64,000 nt of DNA from Eledone cirrhosa (lineage: Eukaryota): NCBI GenBank assembly GCA_964016885.1, contig OZ024755.1:15190001-15254000 (forward strand), given 5' to 3'. Below are positions 61,105-64,000 of this stretch, piece after piece. Both the position numbers and the translations under genes were made by a program. The notes beneath the pieces are model-generated. The model had not been told where the DNA came from and searched no databases. It saw only the letters and a list, made by a program, of their open reading frames with translations. Positions within the stretch are counted from its first letter, which is position 1, and every line of letters begins with the position of its first letter.

Positions 61105-63460
61105 TTGTATTTTATTGGCAATCCAAACGGTATTAAATGATAAAAATAATAGACGTCTAGATATATAATTTTGGAGTTTGTTACACATCTATATAGGACA
61201 TATGTATAATTTATTTCAACTAAATTGATAATGTAATAATGTGTGTATATGTTTAAACCTTATTGATATAGGAAAGGAAATTATTTAAAAACAATCAATA
61301 AAAACATCTTTCAACTACGTCACCTTTCGTTTTGTTACCCGATCAGTAAAACGTGTTATGTTTCTTCGGGAAATAGAAATCTTATTTCACGTATATGATA
61401 TAGACACAGAACAAAATGAATTAAATGAATAATTGTCGCCTATACCTTATAGTATAACATGCTGGGTGTTTGTTTCGAAACAAAGTAACGATTCATCAAT
61501 GGAACTTAATTACTCTACATCGAGTCCACTCCACCATTTTATGTTATTTTAATAGACACATAACACAGGATCAACATCATATTCATGCAAATTAGATTAG
61601 TCATGACCCATTTCCTTACGCCTCATAAGAGCAGAGATGAATATCTGTTTACGCATCATCTCTTAACTATAATGAAAATGTAATCACATGAAAGCCAACA
61701 CAAATACGTTTCATATGTAAATCTTCCATAAACCTGAATAAGTGTTGCCTGAATTTTAATCGTAAGCAAAAAGCTTTCTGATATTGTCTCTCAATCATTT
61801 TATTAAACTAAAGTCAAATATGCAATGACTCGAAGAAGCTTTAATTAAAACTCCATAAAATGTGGGCTTTGTATAATTAGATAAATAGTAATTAGTGCGG
61901 TTGCATTTAATTACAAAGTACTACAGAATGGCGACGACGTTGCTTCTATGATATTCCTTATTTAATTGAACACCTTTTCTTGCATTCCATACCAAACGAA
62001 GTAAACGCTGCAATGTAATAATTACGTAGAATTACTTATTGTTGAACACAATAGTTTCATTTATTCCATTGCTATATTGTGCTGCCTAATCGACTGTATG
62101 ATTGCAGATGTTGTTAAAATGGCTATTTTCATAATATGATGGAGTATAAGTGCTAAAGACACAATCAGTGTTGAAAATGATCTCGTAATAGTAATTAAAA
62201 GTGGGGCATTTATTTCATGACATATGTATTTTTAATTTTACTTTAAACACATTATTCTAATATTATTCTACTGTGAGATAACTGTTACACTAATTTTTAA
62301 AAGGCCATTTCCTTTTATTTAATAGCGCTTCAATATGAATATGGCATATATTAAATAGTATGTATGCAAATTTAGAATTTCATTGCTTTCTGAATGCATT
62401 TCAAATGAAATAGTAACCAATCAGATTAGAATAGTATGATTAAATATCCTGCAATTATGGAAGTTCTTACAAAATTACTATATTATAATTAAATATGAGC
62501 TTACACAATCGGCCATGCAGGCTCACACACACACATATATACATTATATATATAATGTATAAGAGCCCCTTCTGTCACGAATGGCCATGGGATTTGCACT
62601 AAAAGGTTCCACTCCCAGGCATACCAGGAACCGCTCGCCATGCCAACAGTGTTTCTCCAAAGGAAAAACAAAGGCGCTTACATATATAAAACTTTTAAAC
62701 ATTAGTTGAATAAGTATAAATACTGGGATATAGAGTATAGCTAAGTTGGCAAGTAGCTTTGTGTGCGATATATCAGGTTAGTTTCCTCATGTGACTCCGT
62801 TCTGTGGAGACCGTACATGACTTATATAATTCTATGTACGTTTTAGATATGGTAGATGGTTTAGAGAATATATTTGCTTATGCTGGGAAGCCCATGTATT
62901 TATGTGGGTAACTGTATGTGTTCGTGTGGATGTGTGTATTTATGTGGACAACTGTGTGTGTTCGTGTGTGTGTGTATATATTTATGTGGGCAACTGTTTG
63001 TGTTTGTGTGTAGGTTGAACGCATTGTTGAACGTTAGTCTAAATTGTGTGTGTGAGTGTGTGCTTGGATGTGTATGTGTACATTTAGTTTATGGTGTACA
63101 TGTATATAAACGAAAAGAGGTTTATTTGTAAATGAGGGGAGGAATTTACGTATATGGGAGCATTTATTGATTAGGAAATATCAGGTCATAGAATTTAATT
63201 TCTTCTGGTTAAGGTCAAGTCTGGTTGGTTAGATTAGATAGAAAGTCTTTTTGTGGTAGCTAGTTAGATTACGTGAGCCGGTAGCATTGGAGAAGCACTT
63301 TGTTTTAAGATATTGTATACATGAATGTAGAGGGCACTGTGGGTTAATAGATATTTAATGGCTATGGTAAGTAGGAGGAACTTATCTATATTGAAAGAAT
63401 CTTTATCTATAATGGTACTTAATTCATGTTATTGCAGGTGTTTGCTATTGGTACTAAGAG

Positions 63461-63509
<49 letters not shown>

Positions 63510-64000
63510 CATACATACCTATATATAAATATATGCATTCGAATTTGCTCATTAATCAAATTGGTTTAAATATATTAGTCAGTTCTGAGGAATATTTATG
63601 TTTCAGTTTTATTCATTATGTAGTTTTGTGAGAAAAGTAAGCTTTAAATGTACACTGACATATGAAATTAAATACATTTTAAACCCTATGTTCCCTTATT
63701 ACGGTGTAGAGTTTTATATACAAAACACACACCAGCAAACTTCTAAATAGGATTTCCTCAGAATAACGTGAAAAAAAGGATACGCACAATGTAACAAGGT
63801 AATACAAGGGTTTTAATGTGATCTTTTCTACATTAAATAATATTTACGAACCTCGTAGGAAATTCATATTACACGATGCATAAAGATATTGTCATATTTT
63901 CCAAACTAAAATATAAATACAAGCCAAACCTTATCATGTAAAGGAATCCATATAATTTAAAAGAATGGAAGCATTCATATAAATATATTATTGACATTTA

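Overview
Very AT-rich eukaryotic (animal) genomic DNA. The SINE families and extreme (TA)n load point to a coleoid cephalopod such as Octopus (inference). No intact host gene is recognisable, and all long Y/I/C/V-rich ORFs are microsatellite artefacts. The window is a mosaic of kilobase-scale TA arrays and transposon relics: an internally deleted mariner with 99-bp TIRs, a non-autonomous Helitron, CRE-, CR1-, RTE-, R4/Dong- and Tx1/L1-clade LINE fragments, several tRNA-derived SINE families and probable Penelope-like termini. The most interesting signals are RNA structures. One is a complete type I hammerhead ribozyme fold on the minus strand at 60566-60681 with a compensatory U3-A8 core. The other is a second family of hammerhead-like motifs arranged as back-to-back palindromes (7471-7800, 45120-45247). 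All calls were made by eye, with no database searches.
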